DNA of 64,000 nucleotides from Paucimonas sp. (GTDB lineage Bacteria; Pseudomonadota; Gammaproteobacteria; Burkholderiales; Burkholderiaceae_D): NCBI GenBank assembly GCA_028292545.1, contig JAQGMC010000001.1, positions 1,408 to 65,407 of the forward strand, read 5' to 3'. Shown piece by piece: positions 60,495 to 64,000 of this stretch (position 1 is its first letter; each line of letters starts with the position of its first letter). The notes under the pieces were generated by a model. It saw only the letters and a program-made list of their open reading frames with translations, ran no database searches and was not told where the DNA came from. The position numbers and the translations under genes were made by a program.

Positions 60495-60678
60495 TGAAGG
60501 GGATGGTTGCGGCGAGTACCACCGTCTCAACGCGAAAAGGAATGACTTGGCCGTAAGCTGTGCAGCATGGACCTGCCCGACAGGTTATTCGAGCGGAGGC
60601 GTTATCGACGTTGGCCGACCCATGCTGAAGCGGTTTGAAAGGGACGTACTTCGCTGCCGGCGAGCGGGGCCTCGCTCG

Positions 60679-61350
60679 TCAGGCATTGATTACTGTCATA
60701 AGTTGGTAGGTGCAGATGCCGAGGGCCGCTACAAATGCGAGATAAGGAATGCGAAACTCTACGAACCCGGCGGAGTAGAAGGACCTAAAAAAAAGAAAGG
60801 CCATTAATCTGAGTTTGGAAGCGTGCCGATATTGGTATGCATGTTCTGAATTGAACTTGGTAATACTAGTGCTCTCTACTATTGCCTGAAAGTGGCCTTC
60901 GTCGGCGCCGTGGGATAACTCCTCAACGCGGATTATTACCTTCCTTGCGGAGCCAGCGTCTGTGCCGAGCCTTCGCAACGAGCTTTCGTAGTCTTGCTGT
61001 ATGCCTAAGCCGTCGGGAAAGAGCGGAGAATGCTTTCCCGCTTGAATGAGGTCGATCAAAGCGTGTTGGATTTGAAGTCGCATCACGGCTCGTCGTGTAT
61101 CCCATCCTTCTACCTGCGCTTCTCCCTTGGCGACTTTTGTCTGCGCAGAAAAGCGAAACCTCAACGCCAAATAAAGCAGAATGGAGGTGGCCAAGCCCCA
61201 CAGCTTTAATTTTGGAACATCGCTAAAGTGCAGGCCAAAGGCCGCAAAATCCTTGGTTACGCTATCTCCGAGAAAGGCGGAGACGATGATCAAGGCACTG
61301 AAGGCCAAGAGGTTTCGACGGATTTTTTCGCCGTTATCTACGAATTCCAT
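60679..61350 (-). CDS. Hypothetical membrane protein
   Basis: Three hydrophobic segments; lower GC than the flanks. Confidence 0.6.
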   Translation of the reverse strand: MEFVDNGEKIRRNLLAFSALIIVSAFLGDSVTKDFAAFGLHFSDVPKLKLWGLATSILLYLALRFRFSAQTKVAKGEAQVEGWDTRRAVMRLQIQHALIDLIQAGKHSPLFPDGLGIQQDYESSLRRLGTDAGSARKVIIRVEELSHGADEGHFQAIVESTSITKFNSEHAYQYRHASKLRLMAFLFFRSFYSAGFVEFRIPYLAFVAALGICTYQLMTVINA

Positions 61351-61436
61351 CGGCTTTACTTTCAGAGTAAAAGAGAGAGGAGGAACCTGTCACGCCGTCC
61401 AGGTCGACTGGGTCGAGCTCCGCTGAAGCGGGCGGC

Positions 61437-61709
61437 TTAAAGCCGCGGTTTCGTCAGGCAGAAGAACTGAATTACTGACGCAATCGCTCCTGCCGCACCT
61501 ATCACGAAGAGGATCTTCGCAACGGTCGGATCGACTGAGGTGTTACATGTGCCGCCAGCTCGAAGGATTGCGGAGCATGACACCTTCAGAAAGTGGCGCA
61601 TGGTCAAATAGACCGCGACCATGGGGACGGTGAAAGCCAGTATTGGAATCAATGCCCGAATGGGGTGTTTAGATCGCATTGCCTCAATCCTCTTTAGAAG
61701 CGCGTTCAA
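61437..61709 (-). CDS. Small hypothetical membrane protein
   Basis: Two hydrophobic segments flanking a Cys-containing loop. Confidence 0.45.
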   Translation of the reverse strand: MNALLKRIEAMRSKHPIRALIPILAFTVPMVAVYLTMRHFLKVSCSAILRAGGTCNTSVDPTVAKILFVIGAAGAIASVIQFFCLTKPRL

Positions 61710-62013
61710 TGCACGCGTTTGACCGATTCAATCACATGCACCATGTCTTGCATACTGTTTGTTCGTCGCGGCCGCGGCACTGGGCCATGGGCACAAATGA
61801 GGGCGTTTTGGTTGACTTCTGCGTTAGGCGCACGTGGTCGCTCAAGCTTGGGCTTTGCCCGGCCACGACTGTCTGAGCGAGACTAGTCCGTCTTCATCGC
61901 TTTGCAACATCATTGGCTCCAAAAATGGAAAAGCGCAGCGGGTATATTAGAAAACCGTCTAATATACAGCGCCGCGTTTATGTCCAGCAGACTATGTAAG
62001 TCCTTGATCTCTT

Positions 62014-62052
62014 TGGTCGGGCGGCGGGGTTCGAACTCGCTATCCCTTGCAC
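62014..62052 (-). mobile_element. Degenerate tRNA 3'-end copy (tRNA-Pro-like), probable att site
   Basis: TGGTCGGGCGGCGGGGTTCGAACTCGCTATCCCTTGCAC is the reverse complement of a T-arm, acceptor stem and CCA; preceded by TAAGTCCTTGAT; next to an integrase relic. Confidence 0.7.
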
Positions 62053-62214
62053 TGCATTTCATTAATTGCCAGTCCAGCCGCGTCTAACACCATCCAACAG
62101 GATCGAATAAAAAATCAATGGCTTGCGGATCGTTGTTGTCCAAGGGCATCTAACCCGGTACGCTGGAAGCCAGAGATAATCCGGACACGCGCCGGACACG
62201 GATACGGAGAATGC

Positions 62215-62397
62215 ATGGGGAAGCTTACAGTGCGAGGCATTGAAAATGCCAAGCCCAAGGACAAGCCGTACCAGCTTGTCGATGGTGACGAGCTGCAGCT
62301 ACGGGTCGCGGCCGATGGCAAAAAGACCCGGCTGGTGCGTCACGTAGTGAACGGAGTCGAGCGCCGATACCGGGGGCGGCTCACATCATCCGCGTAG
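62215..62397 (+). pseudogene. Truncated P4-type tyrosine integrase (arm-binding domain only)
   Basis: MGKLTVRGIENAKPKDKPYQLVDGDELQLRV...GKKT; stops after 60 aa. Confidence 0.8.
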
Positions 62398-62521
62398 TCC
62401 ATGTGCAGATCGCGATGACGATGGCGCTGAGGCTGCAAGGGCAGCGCACGGCGCTTTCCACTGCCATCAGTTCTGAGCGGCGGACACTGCCGAATGGCTT
62501 ACCTAGGAAAGGACGAGGCGA

Positions 62522-64000
62522 ATGATTCTGACCGACAACGAGACCAGAGTTGACTTGCTCAACAACGAGGCAATCGCCAAGACCATCATCGAGCTGTTGT
62601 GCGATAAACCAGACCGCCCCGTCACAATCGGAATCCATGGCGATTGGGGTGCTGGGAAATCCAGTGTGCTGGAGATGATCGAAGCAGGATTCGCGGACAA
62701 GGAGGATGTGCTCTGCCTTAAGTTCAACGGTTGGCGCTTTCAAGGATTCGAGGATGCCAAGATCGCACTGATCGAGGGCATAGTTACGGGCCTAGTCGAA
62801 AAGCGCCCGGCAATGACTAAGGCCGCAGACACGGTCAAGGACGTCTTCAATCGCATCGATTGGTTGAAGGTCGCGAAGCGCGCAGGTGGCTTGGCAGTCA
62901 CTGCATTCACCGGCATTCCGACGCCGGATCAAATCAGTGCCATTGTGGGGACGCTTGAAGGAATGTTCGAGGATCCCGGCAAGCTGGCGACGAAAGAGAA
63001 TCTCACATCCGCAATTGACAGCGTGAAGTCGATGTTGAAGCCGGCAGACACCAAGAACGTCCCGGAGGAGGTTGAAGCCTTTCGCAAGGCGTTCGATAAG
63101 CTCCTGAAAGACGCAGGCATCAAGCAGCTCATTGTGCTGATTGATGACCTTGACCGCTGCCTGCCGGATACAGCGATCGAGACGTTAGAAGCAATCCGGC
63201 TGTTCGTATTTACCGCCCGCACGGCGTTCGTTGTCGCAGCGGATGAGGCGATGATCGAATACGCGGTACGTAAGCACTTTCCAGATCTTCCAGAGACCAC
63301 GGGGCCGCGAGATTACGCTCGAAACTACCTCGAGAAGCTGATCCAGGTGCCGTTTCGAATCCCCGCCCTAGGCGAGACTGAGACGCGCATCTACGTGACG
63401 TTGTTGTTAACGGGTGCCGAGATCGGCGATGGGGATGCCGATTACGCAAAGCTCATTTTCGCCGCGCGGGAGCGCCTCAAACGGCCTTGGGAAAACGCCG
63501 GCCTTGATGTTTCGACCGTCAAAGCCGCACTCGGCACAAAGGCGGACAAGGCCAACAACGCGCTCGCCCTCAGCGATCAGATCGGTCCGATTCTGGCAAG
63601 TGGTGCCAAGGGCAACCCGCGCCAGATCAAACGCTTCCTAAATACCTTGCTGTTGCGAGAGCGCACGGCAAGCGCGCGCGGATTTGGTTCTGATATCACC
63701 TTGCCCGTGCTAGCGAAACTGATGCTCGCCGAGCGTTTCATTCCACGGTTCTTCGAGCAGATCGCTTTTGTCGCGGCCGTTCACCCGAAGGGTGTCTGCG
63801 AGGACCTTGAGGCGCTTGAGACGAGCATCGCCGCTGACGGTGCCAGCGCCAAGGGTGACGGCGAAGCGGTAGCAGCAGATACGCGGAAAGGCCCCAAGGC
63901 GGTGGAGGCCGCTTCGCCTGCACAGGAGAACGTCGTCCTCGCGGAGTGGAAATCATCGGACACGATTCGTGACTGGGCGCGCGTCCAGCCCTTGCTGTCT
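62522..64000 (+). CDS. qatA: KAP-family P-loop NTPase, QatA-like anti-phage ATPase (3'-incomplete)
   Basis: Not in the ORF track because it has no stop in the window. Manual translation gives MILTDNETRVDLLNNEAIAKTI, GDWGAGKS Walker A, FNGWRFQGFEDAK, LIDDLDRC Walker B, NYLEKLIQVPFRIP and GNPRQIKRFLN. Confidence 0.85.
   Translation, partial: MILTDNETRVDLLNNEAIAKTIIELLCDKPDRPVTIGIHGDWGAGKSSVLEMIEAGFADKEDVLCLKFNGWRFQGFEDAKIALIEGIVTGLVEKRPAMTKAADTVKDVFNRIDWLKVAKRAGGLAVTAFTGIPTPDQISAIVGTLEGMFEDPGKLATKENLTSAIDSVKSMLKPADTKNVPEEVEAFRKAFDKLLKDAGIKQLIVLIDDLDRCLPDTAIETLEAIRLFVFTARTAFVVAADEAMIEYAVRKHFPDLPETTGPRDYARNYLEKLIQVPFRIPALGETETRIYVTLLLTGAEIGDGDADYAKLIFAARERLKRPWENAGLDVSTVKAALGTKADKANNALALSDQIGPILASGAKGNPRQIKRFLNTLLLRERTASARGFGSDITLPVLAKLMLAERFIPRFFEQIAFVAAVHPKGVCEDLEALETSIAADGASAKGDGEAVAADTRKGPKAVEAASPAQENVVLAEWKSSDTIRDWARVQPLLS

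Noticed and set aside
62014-62052. Functional tRNA gene
   Set aside because: Only a degenerate 3' half is present; no D-arm or 5' acceptor strand.

Overview
GC-rich betaproteobacterial chromosomal window (Burkholderiales; Oxalobacteraceae-like by gene content, which is an inference). 1-21.5 kb holds ordinary accessory and stress genes: hemerythrin, TRAP solute-binding protein, PAS-GGDEF-EAL, a TolC/MFP/CusA-CzcA RND operon with a two-component system, an SGNH hydrolase, two Hsp20s behind an RpoH-like promoter, and an NRAMP transporter. The standout is 21.5-38.5 kb, a tandem array of five large paralogous genes (837-978 aa) in two subtypes, ordered A1-B1-A2-B2-[A relic]-B3. Each encodes a shared ~290-aa N-terminal domain I do not recognise, a Thr/Ser-rich linker, a hexapeptide left-handed beta-helix and a disordered Pro-rich tail. 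The disordered parts carry eukaryote-type nuclear motifs: NLS-like, SUMO-interacting-like, PxDLS-like and Tup1/Groucho-binding-like. Every copy is preceded, 40-45 nt before its ATG, by the same hrp-box-like ECF promoter, [GT]GAACC-N15-T[GT]ACNNA. This suggests a co-regulated family of secreted, nucleus-targeted effectors (a hypothesis; no secretion genes are in the window). 38.6-56.3 kb holds catabolic and detoxification genes (CYP105-like P450 with ferredoxin, a UvrA paralogue, a CoA-transferase cluster, a HAD enzyme). 56.4-64 kb is an island edge: Fic, an antitoxin with a broken vapC, an orphan AsnB-like enzyme, a degenerate tRNA-Pro att site, an integrase relic and the start of a QatA-like anti-phage KAP NTPase that runs off the window.
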